Shown: positions 41,701-55,432 of the stretch, in pieces | Layout of the letters: every line of letters begins with the position of its first letter | Numbering within the stretch: position 1 is the stretch's first letter | NCBI GenBank assembly: GCA_002633005.1 | Contig: NMRA01000666.1 | Coordinates: forward strand, 1 to 64,000 | Direction of reading: 5' to 3' | DNA: 64,000 nt | Origin: Phoronis australis | Taxonomy: Eukaryota > Animalia > Phoronida | Made by a program: the position numbers and the translations under genes | The notes under the pieces: generated by a model | What the model was told of the DNA's origin: nothing | The model's database searches: none | The model's input: only the letters and a program-made list of their open reading frames with translations

Positions 41701-44700
41701 AATCCCTAGTCTCAGAAAATTTGAGCACCCTGCAAATGATGCTAATGATGAAATTCTGGTGTTGATAATCACCCACTTTGTTTATTTACTTCACCTAAAT
41801 TTGAAATACTTGGTAAAATGAAGCCCATTCGATTAAGCATCATGTGGGTCCCAATGTCAACCCAATATATGATAGAACCCAACAAGCCCAAGTTGCAGTC
41901 AAATCAGGATAGGCATAAATAAGGAAATTTACTGTATCAACAGATTGGCCAAATGAGAATAAGATACAAAGTGTTGCTACAGTGCACACGTGCACGATAC
42001 TTGGTCTATTATTTTCACGACGTAAATGCATGAACCAATCAGATCACCAATGGTGCAAAGTTTTCGAAAACAGCTCGATTTTTAGGGAGTCCTGCTTTAC
42101 TGTTCTATTTATTTTCAAAACTTTATTGTGTTAAATTTGGTTTATTTTCTGTTCAGCTTAATGGAGCCACCTAATATGAATGCATTCAACACAATTAATG
42201 CATTGTAAAAACCAAAAGTTATGCTCTATCAACGTTAGACAAAATCAGTACACCCCTTCTTAAAAAATAGGTTAAAAGTTAGAAACAAAGGACACAAGTT
42301 TCCATCACTTGTAACGTCGATTTTCGACATTGGTGTTGGGGAGGGACAACAGTCTGGCGACAGCAACACGTGATCACACGAAAGCGATGATTTTCAAAAT
42401 TTGATTCGTTTTCGTAGTAATGTCTTTTTTCCCTATGGTTCAGGGCTACTTCTGAATCCAGGAACAAGAACTGAAAAAGGCAGGGTTCGTGATAACGTTG
42501 GAGAACGGTAACATTTATATAAGGTGTTACAACTGTCATCGATATTGTCATCTCCTCTGTTTTCATCCAACCTTCCCAGATGAAAACGTGAATGAAGAGG
42601 ACCTTCAGTACTCGAGTGAGCATGGTATACTGTGTGATTTATGTTGAATTATTCAACGGTTCTTTTAATAATCATTTCACGCTATAGCTACAACCAACGG
42701 CTCTTTTAAGGGCCACTCAACACTTTCCAGAACAACTGCTCACTTGAGAATGTTGATTTATAAACATGCTTTCGTAGTTTTCTCAGTAGGCCTATGTGAA
42801 CTATAAATCAAAAACTGTCCGATAACTATGCTGCTATTGGGAAAGCAGACGACATAATTAGTCGGCACCGAAGTTTGAATTTTGTAATTAATTACCAGTA
42901 GGATTGCCAAAAGTACTCACAATGCCAACACTTCTACTATTGAAAGACTTTGAAAAGCGTTTCAATGCCGAAATTAATATTTTTTTTCGTTGTTTTGGAC
43001 AGTAAACTAGATGCAAGTATTTCTCGTCAAAATACGCTAACCGGAAACTGCACCAGAAAGGTCAGGATAGTTCAGATCAGCACGTAAGGATATGCCGGAG
43101 TTGCGAATCTGTTGTCTATAATCTATGGTAACACCAAGAGCAGTCTTTGCTACCAGTGGGGCAACGCTGCCATGCACGAACGAGTAAAATCGAATCCACC
43201 TTCTGAAGAAACTTTCCGAAGCAGACGTTTTAGACCAGGACAGTCCTCGAGCTGCAAGAGAGGTTTTTGATACAGGAAACATGTAAATGACATCCACTGA
43301 GTGTGTTTACCCAAGCCACAAAATTGCACGTGTGGATAGTATACATTGTAGAAGAGATGTTCTTAACTAGAGATTATGACGATATCATTCTGTTTGTTTT
43401 TTTGATGCCAACAAAGACAACTCTTTGAAACAAGCCACAACAGAAAAAATGAAGCAGAAAAACGGTAAAGTACAGTTCCAGAAAAGAGATAAGACTTACA
43501 TGGAGAACAGCCCAATTAGCCGTTTCCTCTCTCATGACAAAAATGCACTTTTCTGAATATCTGTCTGCAAACACACTTAAATATAGCAAAGAATCTGCCA
43601 AGATAGTCATTACTTCAGCTTCAGGATACACAAACAGCAACCGACGTGATCTACGCTTAGAAGAAAACAATCACGAAAACGCAGATAAATTGCTAATACA
43701 CCATGCAGTTTTGGTGTTTTTTTTGGCCTGACACAGATTTACTGGTACTCATCATTGCCTGTTATGACAGGTTTCTGAGAAATACTGCAGTCCCCATGGC
43801 ATCTGGGTACCAATACGGACAACATTTGCTGCTGTCCGGGCAAAGGCTCTTCCGACTTTCCATTCTTTTATATGGACAGACAACACTGGTCCATTCTATA
43901 GGTTGAATATGTATTTGAATGCAAACACTGATGGCATCAATGCACTGCAGACTCTTTGTACTCCTTATGAAGTAACAGATGAACATCTTTTCACATTAGC
44001 TCCCTTTTACATGTGCATGACCCCCACAGGGTATAAACGCAAATATCATCCAAGAGCTTAGATGGTACCTCTCCTGTAAACATGTGGATGACAGCGACAA
44101 ACGTCCACCCACCATTGGTGCTTTGAAACAGCATATGCTGAGGGTGTTTATTCAAGCCAGATTGTGGGGCAAGGCAGTCATTGCTCGAAATTAGTTCCTT
44201 TACTCATTGCAAAATGAATTTACAAGGACAAAGATAGCCAGCTGAAACCCTTACAACTGATGAGCCTCCGGCGCCAGAGGCTATCATTGAGATGGTTAAA
44301 AGCCAGAGCAAAAACGTTGGTCTTCCCAAAGATGCTGTTGCCGATCAAAGGACCTACCCTACATAGACCTATGTCAGTATAGTGCAAAATGTCAAAATGG
44401 TGATGATGATATGATTCCTGGTGACAGTGATGGCAGTGATGGCAGTAGTAATGATCTATAAACTGATTTCAAAGTTCTGAAAGACTATTGACACTAAAAA
44501 AACAAAATTTTGTGTTCTGCAAACGTAAATAAATCGTTTAGATACTGGTTTAGTTTAAGCATCTTGAAGGAAACAAGTTTCGAACAAAATATACGAGAAA
44601 ATAAGATAGTGATGGTCAATATTGAATTACAGGAAGACTGTATTTAGAAATTGTGGCTGCTAATAAATAGGGTTTTGATTGTGTATCACATTTAATAAGT

Positions 44701-45095
44701 TGCATTTTCAGATTTTTGACCTCAAAAATGTGAGTACATCCGTTAAAAGTAGCATTCTAAGTAACCCAGGAACAAAGATACTGAGGAAAATGTATTTTAC
44801 GGGGGGCATTTTTAAAAAATCCAAGATGGCAGCCAATAAAATTAAAATTTCTAATTCCTTGACCTGAGAAATGAAGATGTAGCCATGAAAACCAACATTC
44901 TAAGTGACCCAAAAGCGGAGATATTGGGCAAATTTCATTTCACTGGCTCCACTTTTGAAAATCCAAAATGGCTGCCAATATGGCCGCGAAAAATAGAATC
45001 AATTATTTTCTGATTTTTCATTCCATAAGGTTTCCAAAAATGTATAGTTTCCACTTTCCCTAAAAAATTCCAACAAACCTGACTAATAATAGCTA
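38759..45095 (+). mobile_element. Decayed Academ transposon (XPG/Cys8 type) in an intron, interrupted by a nested element
   Basis: ~400 bp TIRs at 38759-39170 and 44700-45095. Transposase relic LHAVMASLRAL..SVIDDTWIEAD (~39705-39800). XPG-like NHENADKLLIHHA..DTDLLVL (43670-43760), RPPTIGALKQHMLRVFIQARLW (~44100-44170) and a degenerate Cys-rich end (~44290-44400). Confidence 0.8.
40133..43127 (+). mobile_element. P-element-like transposon derivative with THAP relic
   Basis: CATAGA(C/T)TATAG TIRs extending imperfectly to ~30 bp. Perfect 7 bp TSD GTAACAC at 40126-40132 and 43128-43134. THAP relic MVGYCVAGCS...GISFH...C..HFEDECF at 40283-40476, frameshifted. Confidence 0.8.
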
Positions 45096-48000
45096 TTGAG
45101 TTATAATTCTTACAAGGCTTGTCTGGAAATACCCTTGCGGTGCAGCTGAAAACGAATCAAGGTCTATTGAAACGTCTAACGTGGCTTGAGATTCGATGAA
45201 CCTCAAAAATTTAATGGAAACTAATCTCCTCTAACATTATTCTCCAACATCTTTGCAATGACTTTTCTTGTGCAGAATTGGACGATGTAAAAAGTGCTTA
45301 GGTTAATTTACTAAGCACGCATGTGTAACTAAAAATTAAATGGCCTGTGCCTAACCTAACTATGCTGTGTCCACTCACACAGAATTAAACAACTGAAACT
45401 TTGTTTGAAGTAAGTACGCAAAATGGATAACTTAACTTTAATTCACTACCCCCACTGAAATTGGCTCAGTAATTAGACGAAATCACGTGAAGATCAATCT
45501 CTTCTTGGGTGGCAATTTCTTCTCAACTTTTCTTCAGATTCGGAATTCTGAAAGAGAGAATAGGAATTGCATCCACCGTAGGACTCGTATAAAACATACA
45601 CATTTAGCTAACTTTGAAATAGCCAATTCCATACATATGAAATTTCCATATACTATACACTGAGAAAACGCTGTTCCTTAAACTTTTCACATTTGCTCGA
45701 GGTTTATCGAAGGTTGGCATTTAGTGACTTTAATGAATAATATCTATGTTCATGTTAGTGACAATCTTTTGTGCTGTCTTTGGTTTTATTTGTTTAAAGG
45801 CATAGTGATTTGGCCCAACTTATTAAAGATTGGAAAAGCCAAAAATACCCAGTTTTACAGGTTCTTTACTTACACAAAATGTGTACTTTTACCGAGTCGG
45901 TAAAATTGATAGTTATGTACATATTTCATTTTATCACGCATAGGTGACGTTACGGTCATGAAATAACAGTTATCACACCGTGAAATGCGTCAGACCACTT
46001 TTCTTTAGAGACGTTAACCATTATCATCTCTAGAAAGAATAATCCTGGCAAAGCCCTAAGGATTGAGATATTCGGCTGGCAAAATCCATAAGAATTACGA
46101 TAGTTGTTTTAACTCCTCTCTTTATATAGTACCACTTACGACTCACAACTCTGTTCCGATGATAGTGTCACTAATAACTAAAAAAACACCATACAAACGA
46201 CAACTGAATCAAATACATGTATATAGTGCAAATCATAAACATATCCGTCAAATACCATCTAAAGTTTAATTTCAATACATTTGAAGAAAATTAAGATGAA
46301 AAGAGTGTTTTAAGCACGCAAACACACTCAAACAAAATGATACAGCTACCTCATTTGGCCAACTGGTCATGAATGAGTCGTCGTTATGGTAAACATATTA
46401 CTACGCGAAACACGGAAATCGTAATATCTGGTTCATAAGCGTGTTGCATTTAGTCAATATAACCAAACAAAATCGCTAATAGTTATAACAAGTTTTGTAT
46501 AGCGTCATTCTAATACGAATTCAATGAAATTTCCCCAAGTAGTTCTCTAGTTGAACACAACGTCTTGTTCTGATCGTATACTCAACCTACTACGCATCAG
46601 GTAGTAGAAGTAGCGGATAGCGGAAGGCTATTTGCCTGTTAGTTGTCACTTGATGTTATTTTACCCGGACTTTGCCTCGTTTAAGTCGGCTGGCAAGTCA
46701 CGCAAATATCGATATAATAACTAAAAGTTACCACCACGTACGTTATATAACATACATTTATCGTATATGACGAAAGTGGTGTCTTGGAATATTAAAGAAA
46801 ATTCGGTTTCAGTTTCATTCTTTAAGAGGTGGTAACTGACTAGATACAGTGTTGCAAACAACTTAGTTTTAGAATGGACTCTCCATGGTAATGCAGTGCA
46901 ACTGCTAAAGGTGGAGTGTAAGTCAATAACATTTATCGTAATCTATTTTGCCCGGGGTACGCCACGAGCTATGTTGCAGAGTAAAACAAGAGGAGGATTG
47001 CGAATATTGTCATTTATTATGACGTAAATAGATAAAACTAACTAAGACTCTGCAAGATGGGCATGGGCAAAACGCCCACCGGCGTGTACAATCAATAGCC
47101 CTGAAGAGGGAACAAAACAAGGGCTTAAAGGAAAAGTACAGAACATGAAAACAAAACTTGAAAAAACCTAACAGGAAATGTATATAAGAAAAGAGAAAGT
47201 GGAACCCACACCCGGGATGGGGGGTGGGGAAAAATTTCAGAGAACGAGCGTAGGTCTTGTAGACGTCGAGTTAGGTGGCTGAATGAGAGACCACGTTGAA
47301 CTGAACAAAGGAAATATGGGCGACCAATCAGGAGTCGCGTAGAGAAATGTATGAATACAAAAGTAGGCCCTTGAGGCTATAAATAGAGATGAGTAATGCA
47401 AATAAACCCTAAGGAGTGGTATCAAAATAAAGAGACAAGTGTCAAAATAATGACGATAAATGCATTTAACAAGTTAAATTTAATTTGCAAGGCATTTTAA
47501 TAAAACTTCATTACCGTCACTTACAACTGCCAATTGACTTTCAGTCAAAGATGAAAATCGGCAAATTAAAATTGACCGTACACCCAACACTTGGGAGGTT
47601 TAAAACATGGCTTCAAAATCGTAAAAAGTAGTGAACTCGCAATATAATTTGAAATAATCTACAGATGACTTAAATCCCCTTTGTGTCAAATTTGGTGGAA
47701 ATCTGCTGCCGTTCTCCTTGGATGGTTGATACTCTCTGGTACTTGAAAAAACACGCACAGTCTAATCATGTACTTAAGATGAAATGAGCAAAACATGCGA
47801 TAAGGATGGGTTTTTGGCAGTTCAAATCATTCAAAAGGGCGGTTTTTTTCGGAAACGCGTTACACAAGTTGATTTCATCGAGGCATACGTTTGCGTCGTA
47901 TAGAAACTGATAAATATTGCACTGAATGTGCGAGGTTTTCACTGATTTCAATGTTCATAAATAGTTTGTGGAATTGTAATTGATAAATATTCGAGACTCT

Positions 48001-48589
48001 GTTTATAGCCCTATATAACTGCGTGATAATGTGTAAAAATACATACCAGGATTTTCCGTAGATAAATCCATGGGCGTGTTTTTGGAAAATAAAAAATTCA
48101 GACATTTTAATAACACTAAATAAACTTCAGAGCGTTTGTTTGGAAATGGGGGCGTGTAAACGGAAAGTCATAGGTTTTGTGACTTTGACTTTTTTAATTA
48201 AAAGTGTTTTTAAATTTTGTGTAAATAAATGGAAAGTTCGCCAGCACTTTCCTCGTTTATATAAATGCTCCACAAAACTGAACTTTTGACAAAACGTTGA
48301 GGCATAGTGGGCTTTTAAGAGGAATTTTTTCCGATGAACGCCCCACTCTCTAGACACTTGACACCAGGAGTTTTGACACCAAATATTTTTCGGAAAAAAC
48401 GCCCATGGGCATTTCATCGGATGGGCTTTTCTACGGAAAACCCCGGTATTGGTCTATTTACACTATACTGTGTGTATTGTCAAGACGTTTCGTGCGAGAA
48501 TTTCTTCGGCCATATTCAGATGTTACAGCGTAAGTATACGGTACTCGAATGATAGGCACCTGAGGTGACTATAAAAATAGTTTTAAGCG

Positions 48590-48799
48590 GTCTCGTACGT
48601 GTTGTACCACACGTGCACAGTCCCTGTATGTAAGCCCATTGCAGTGAGCACCTGGAACCATTTTTGTGCTTTAAACTTAAAACCGAGCTAAGGAGCTAGA
48701 TACCTGACTCAAGGGTAAAGCGGTGTGGCCCAGTGAGACTCGAACTCACTACTTCGAGAGAGAAATCGTGCACCTATCACACTAGGTCACGCTGTCTCC
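48590..48799 (-). mobile_element. tRNA-derived SINE
   Basis: Minus-strand head ggagacagcg-TGACCTAGTGTG (A box)...GAGTTCGAGTC (B box), followed by a cccttgag body. No tRNA acceptor stem. The 3' boundary is approximate. Confidence 0.65.
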
Positions 48800-50296
48800 T
48801 GCCTTGGGGGACTAACTCAAAGCCATCTTACCTTAGTATTACTTTAAGTGAGGGCATGCGTATTACATCACCCATTTAATATCTATTAGTTATCATTTCA
48901 CTTTTATTATCGGCAACATTATTAATATGTTATTATCGTGTAGTTGCGTTTTCAAGTTGTATCCAAAAATTTATAGAATTTCTTGGCTCAAATGCGTGAC
49001 GCCGTTATGGTAAAACCAAGCGACGGAGCGTATACCCCTAATTGTTAAGCTTTGTATAATTGCGCGGATTAGGCCCGGGAGAACACTTACTAGCTGACGA
49101 CGAAGCACATCCGGGGATAATTTGGGTCCTCTTTACTTTATGATTACGCACTAAGTTTTGCGGATTTAGAATGCCCTTGCGGTAGGCAAGTCCTTTCGGG
49201 GCATGTACCTACAGCGCCTCAAAGAAGTTGGCCGCTTATGGTTGAAAGCGTGGGCGCAAATGTAACTATTGCCACTAAAGTTCTGTTTATATTGCTATGC
49301 ATGATTCTCCGCATGTGAATATATAACGCCACAATCATGCCCACTGTGACACCTGACAAATTCTATGAGTTCTTCATTAATACTAATTGTGAGATCGCTA
49401 CCTATTACAATTAAATAGCCTCGTTGTTCGAAAGTCACATCGTACATGTACCATTAATGTTTTTACAAGTGTGCTTTCTGTTCAAAGCAAACGAGAAAAC
49501 ATGTATTAATAATTAATTTCTCGATGTTATCGGTATCGTATATTTTGTTTAAAAACACAGTCACGCCCTGGTGAAGCTGGTAATCAAACTCATTAAATAC
49601 ATGTGACAGTTTGCATTCTGTGCAGGCGACTTAGCTGTGACATGTGGAAGAAAAACACTAAGGCGATCATAAATATGTTTGGTACGGAAAGAATGGATTT
49701 TATTTCATTTTAGCGAATTTAATGTTTTTGGGAATCCATAGAATATTGTGCTACCTCGATGTCGATTTGTCTCACTGAAAATCGCAAAATATGGAAAAGT
49801 ATATAATTGTTATTTGACGTAACGGTGACGCTAATATGGTCCTATGGTCGCTTTAAGTTACTTCGAGTTAGTCATTTGCGTCAGTCGTATAATTCCAATG
49901 TCAAACCATTTACGACAGCTCTAAGTTGCGGCTTTCGTTAAAGAGGCTTCAACTCGATCACATCCGTATAGTTTTTGTCTCAAGTTTTTGTAAGTTCTCT
50001 CGAAATTAGTTGGTGACTTAGTGACTTGATAGTCAAAGTGTTGGGCTGACAACCTAAAGGTGAAAATATCAGATGACCACAATGGGTGTACCAGATATCT
50101 GTGCTCGTTCGTCTAAGCACACTTTGGCACCCAAAGATACATGAAGCCGGAGTAATTAAGGAACGAAATGCCGTGCCAATGTGAATAACATAGTGTTCAG
50201 TATAAATGACCCCATATAAAAACGTTATAGACTAACCAATTCACGATAATCACTGTCTGGAGAAACACACTGATTTCTCCCTCTTCGTTGTTTAAG

Positions 50297-50584
50297 TTGT
50301 GGATGTCACGTGCTTAAAAGACCAGCGTGGCCTAAACTACAAAGGGAGGGTATCCGTTTCTGCTCGAGAAAGTCGGCCATGCAAGCAGTGGTCATCAATT
50401 ACTGATGACCTTGAAGTACTGAAAGTTTATCGGGAATTTCGTGAATTGTACAACAGTTACTTAGCGTTGAGCCCAGAGGATAAAAAATCCACATACTGCA
50501 GAAACCTCGATAACGACGACAAAGGACCGTGGTGCTTTGCTAACTACAAGGCGTATTGCTACATCCCTTTATGTCCCAGTGAAG
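50297..50584 (+). CDS. WSC-kringle protein exon: kringle 1
   Basis: Acceptor ctcttcgttgtttaag, donor GAAG|gtaatg (phase 1-1). Encodes C..GLNYKG...CKQW...YCRNLDNDDKGPWCF...YCYIPLC, with 6 kringle Cys. Confidence 0.92.
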
Positions 50585-52739
50585 GTAATGTTTGTAATAA
50601 TCAAGTCAGCTTGATGTTTAAAAGGATACCAAACATGGCTTCGGCCTATTAGCAGATACTGAAAACGACTGTCTTACCTAGAAGATAACGATTCCCTATA
50701 ACCCCGACAACCCTTAATGGTTTCGAGGAAAATTTGAAAACTCCTTTCAAGGTCTGCTGGACGAGCAAGCATGACCTACGCTTTTACCTCTCAATGCAAC
50801 TGTGAGAAAAGACCAGCCACCAGGAACCATAGTATCCAATCTGTGACATAGTGAGTATAAAATACTAGTTGATTTTTGCTTTTAAATTAACTTTCAAGAT
50901 TGCCAAGGGTACATTAGCAGGTAACAGAACGGAGGTTTAGTTTCCTTTTAAGGACGAGTTATCTGGAAAATATTGAAAACTTTACTATCATTAGATCATC
51001 ATACTCCAAGTAAGGAAGTTTAGTGTACTTATATTTATGTCTCATGAAATGGGGCTATTCGACGAATTCTCGCGGTATCGCTACTGTACTAGGGGTGAGG
51101 GAATTGCGCGTGCGACGTTCGTAAACAGCTCGTAAAAAGACGACGTTGCTGTCATTACACGTCGGCGTGCTCAGACTTATTATTGCTATTTTCCCGGGTG
51201 CAAACCTTCGACAGGTGGTCACAATCTCCCAACCGACCAAAGGTTACTACAGGCGTGGAGAATTGCGGTCAAAAGGGTCAACCAAGTGCCAAAAAGTGTG
51301 TGGATGCCGAGGCCTCACGCCCCGTGTGTGCTGTATGCAGTTCCATTGAGAGACTACATAATGACGTTACTTAGCAAGTTTTTGTAATTAGTTTCTATTG
51401 ACATATGCCAGTGATGTTATCCCACCAGTTACCTACTGAATACCAGATTTATTCGGTGGAACTAAGTATTTCTTTCAGTAACTCATTCGGGACCGGTATG
51501 GTAAGCTAGCACCACATGTTCACATTGTGTCCTGGTGGGAGTGCTACCCAAATAAGTGGTCCAAGGGACGCTCCGCTCAGAAGTCAAAGATCATTTTTTC
51601 ACAAAAGTTACTCTTCAAAATTATGCTGCGTCCAATAAAATTATCTACTGAGTTTCCTCATTTGATAGCGGACGCCACCCCCGGGACTACCAGATTAGTT
51701 ACCGAATTAACATGAATGAGCTATTCAGTAAATTCGTAATATTACATTGGAATAAATACAGACACCTAGAATGAATTTTTTGTTAAGATTAGAAACACAT
51801 TTAGGTGTTATGAAAATGAACATTCTTAAATCACTATTAGCCCGTTTCACATATTTTAATTGAGATCTTAAATAAGGCTTGGGTACAATGATTGTTAGTT
51901 TCTACATATAAACATGAAGATGAATTGTCAAGTATGTTCTGCCTTACAAATGAAGTTTTGTCTCGCGTTTTCTTTAAAAGTTTGCTAATATATCTCTGAT
52001 TATTCTGTTACAGGTGAGAAAAAGCTACTGAAAGCAGGCGCCTTACCGTCTATTTTACCTTTAGTCAAAGTGTACAACCACCAATAATCTGAGAGAATTG
52101 AACCTCTCAATTTAGAAAGTCAGCCCTTGATATCCCTGATTATGGACTCTGTTGCATTGAGGAAATTACAATTGTTTTCCAACTATGTTGTTCCTTTTTA
52201 TGCATGTGGTTGTTCAGTTCGCCATTTTGTTTTTAAATTCATTGATTATTGTTTATTTTCGACTGAAAACATACTTTGCTTGCCTGTGGAACTTATGTTA
52301 TAGACAAGTTAACACAAAACTTAAAACTGTTCAAAGGCCTTCTTAAGAAAGCTCTAAAACTAGCTACACATATAAATGTATCAAATGCAAACAAAGGGAA
52401 TACTTCGTTTTGATCGCTGCCCATTTCTAGAGGTCAACAGGAAAACGAAACTTCGCAAACGTATTCGGTAATCATTTCAGCTTAATAAAGAATAAGCACA
52501 ACGGCACTGTATGGGCCTTTAAAACTGACGAAATATTGTGGTTTGAATAATTAGTGACAAACTTGCCTGTTGATGAAAAATTTATTTGATCATCAAAGTG
52601 TAACATTAACGGGCATTTTACTGACAATAAGACAATAAATGCAGTCACTGAATGCCATTTACGCATAATGCGTAACAGTTTTTACTATTAGTATAAAGCC
52701 TTTCTTCTGAAAGGAAAAATTAATGTCACTTAGTGAGAA

Positions 52740-53280
52740 AGGGCAGTTATTTATGCCACATGCTTTTGGTTTACATTTCACTGGGATCTAGTTTGCAACG
52801 ACTATACAAGCGCTTGTAGAAAAGGTTCAGTTTCGGCTCGTGGTTTTCCTACATGTAACCTCATTCAGCCTCAATAACATTCACAATTAGATAGTTGAAG
52901 GTAAACACAAATGCATGTCACTCTGTGTCCAAAATCTGACCCTGAGCTAGACCAGAGTGACTTCCTTAGCTTCAGTCCTTCATCTTTCGGGAGAGGAAAT
53001 AAGCCATTGTTGTCTAAACATGACTCATTGCCTATGAAAGGGCATCATCACCAACGAGGATGGCTGTCAGATACGGTTCCTGTTCAAGCACAAACAATCC
53101 ACTGGCACATTTTGTTACGGTAACTTAGTACTGCGATTCACATTTCTCCAGGGCCACTGTCTTGCACATTGTGCCCTGCAGCACTGCTGGTGTGTGGACA
53201 TGCTGTGCGACGGGAAAGGAGTAACAAAGCTTGCCTATGTTGCGGCTTGAAGTGGCCTTACAAATGTCACTGAACCTGGA
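52740..53280 (+). mobile_element. Fragment of an Academ-like XPG/Cys-rich C-terminus
   Basis: Degenerate FGRGNK, SPTRMAVRY..QTIHW and PAALLVCG...CLCCGLKWPYKCH. Frameshifted, and the ends are not located. Confidence 0.45.
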
Positions 53281-55411
53281 ACAAATAATGAAACATGAGT
53301 GATTTTGTACTTAAGGTTGGGTCAAAATGTTGCCCGCTTTTCAAATGTATGATATGGTAACTGCTCTACAATTTCACACAAAATTAAATAATTACTATTT
53401 CCAGAAAGCAAGGTTGTATTAAATAAGTATTGTATAAAACTACGTCTTTACTTTTCATTCCTAGCCATAACAATTCTTTAAACTTATCACTTGTCTGTAA
53501 AATATGAATGTTATTTGAGAAAACTTCAAACCTGTGGTACCCGTTTTCAAGCCTTTTGATTTTTTCAGAAATTTTAAGTCCCGATTGCAGATCCATGGAT
53601 CTGTCAAGCGCACTTCTGGTCTAAGGCTGAGGGAACCGTTTCTCAGAATTTTTATCTTTCTTCAAATAGAAGATATGAAGTCCTGGGTCATTTAAAAATG
53701 ATGAGTAATCTTTCTATTGTTTAAGAGAAATTAAAAATCCTAATGCGCCATTGCTTGCGTTTTGGCAGTAAGAATATGTTCAGAGAAAAAATGCAATTTT
53801 CACAAAAATGGCAGCCATTTGAATTTATAAATGACTTACAACATTCCAAGGCATGATTTAAGATTGTTCAGTCATTGAGAACTTAGAAAATGCAATAAAT
53901 TTTGATGGGTTCATTACAATCGATAGGAAACAGTAGCATGAAACTTGAAAGAACTTCATGAAGGTTAAGAATTACCACACCATGCTCTTTCCCCGGAAAT
54001 TATTACTCGTTATTTCCACACATTCAGTTGCACCAAATTTTACATGCCCAGCCCTCCTTGCCGATCTCCCGCTAAGGACCCGAATAAGTAAATTGACCAA
54101 ACAACTTATATACCTTTCTTTAAAAATAGCTGTCCGTTTTCAAAGACTGTTCTTCGTCTCCGATATAGAAAATAGGCTGTGACTACAGATCTGCACAGAA
54201 TAGGAAGATTTTGCTGGTTGGTTGCAGTCAACTGTTTAAAACCATTTTTTGTCCTTTCAGGGACAGTTGCAGAAGCGGTGCATATCTCCTCTGCACAGCA
54301 CTAGCCCTCAAACCTAAAAAACAAAGGTCAGGTGAAAACATATTTCTATATCAACACGTAATAGATTTCCAGACGACATAGGATAGGGAATAAACAATCT
54401 AATGGATATTTGTAACGTACCCTTTGGGCTTGGGTTGTAGTCTTACCTCAGGAACCAATATTGAGTTGCCAACATAACCATTCAACATTGGTTGATATAA
54501 TTGTCATTGATAAACCTGTTAGAATTCATTCCAAACATTAGTAATACGGCTTTGATGTACGAAGAAATCCCGAGTGCCACGTCAAGTATCGTAACACACA
54601 TCACAACAAACAATGATTAACTGGCGACTGCCACGAACGCGACATCGGCCAGTACCTCAGTTAACAGGCATCAGTATTTTAAATATGGAATAATCGTTAA
54701 AATAATCACACAATTTTCCTTTCTACGAGGTCATGCTTACTTCCTCTTGTAGAAGCACTCTTTTTACGCAATCTCAGATTCAGTTGGCACGGCTGCAAGC
54801 CATTTCACCATGTAATAAAAGGCTCGTAAAATCGAGGCTGCAATATCTATCATCACTAGTACACGAGCGCCCTCTAGTAATGTAAAGATTGTCGAATTGC
54901 CCCATTATGACATGTGTTACAAAAACCAGCGTAAAACATGCTCTATATACATTGTATGTACAAGCAGTTTTCATTGAAAACATTTCATAAATTTACAAAT
55001 TCCAGGTTCGTATTTTTCAAAATGTGCTTCTGGTGTGTCACAAATAGGATCGCCATACATAAGAAAGAAAATTCAAAGCAATAGAAACGATAGATACCAA
55101 ACGTGTTTTTTGACCTATTAACAGGTATTAAAAACGACATTCCGATCCAGCTTTTTGAAACAAAATAGGGCCTAATGGTCTACAAACCTATATAACTCTG
55201 AAAAGTTTTAAGAAAATTTTGAAGACTCTTTTCAAAGTCTGCTTAGCTGGCAAGTGTGCTAGCACTTTTGTCGAGATACACGCCAAGTGCAGGGAAAGAT
55301 AATATCAATTCTGTAACATAGACAGTATGAGTTTTTCAGGTTCACATTGTATGATTCAGATGTGCTTTCGCTGTGTTAGAAATGGGTGTGATATTCACTT
55401 TCAATTTTCAG

Positions 55412-55432
55412 TGACGAACCCAACAATAGCCG
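55412..55432 (+). CDS. Candidate 21-nt micro-exon (inter-kringle linker VTNPTIA)
   Basis: Strong acceptor ttcactttcaattttcag and consensus donor G|gtgagt. Phase 1-1, frame-preserving, no stop. Confidence 0.55.

Noticed and set aside
54261-54326. Exon-like segment between the kringles
   Set aside because: A stop occurs in the required phase-1 frame, and only a phase 2-2 reading is open.
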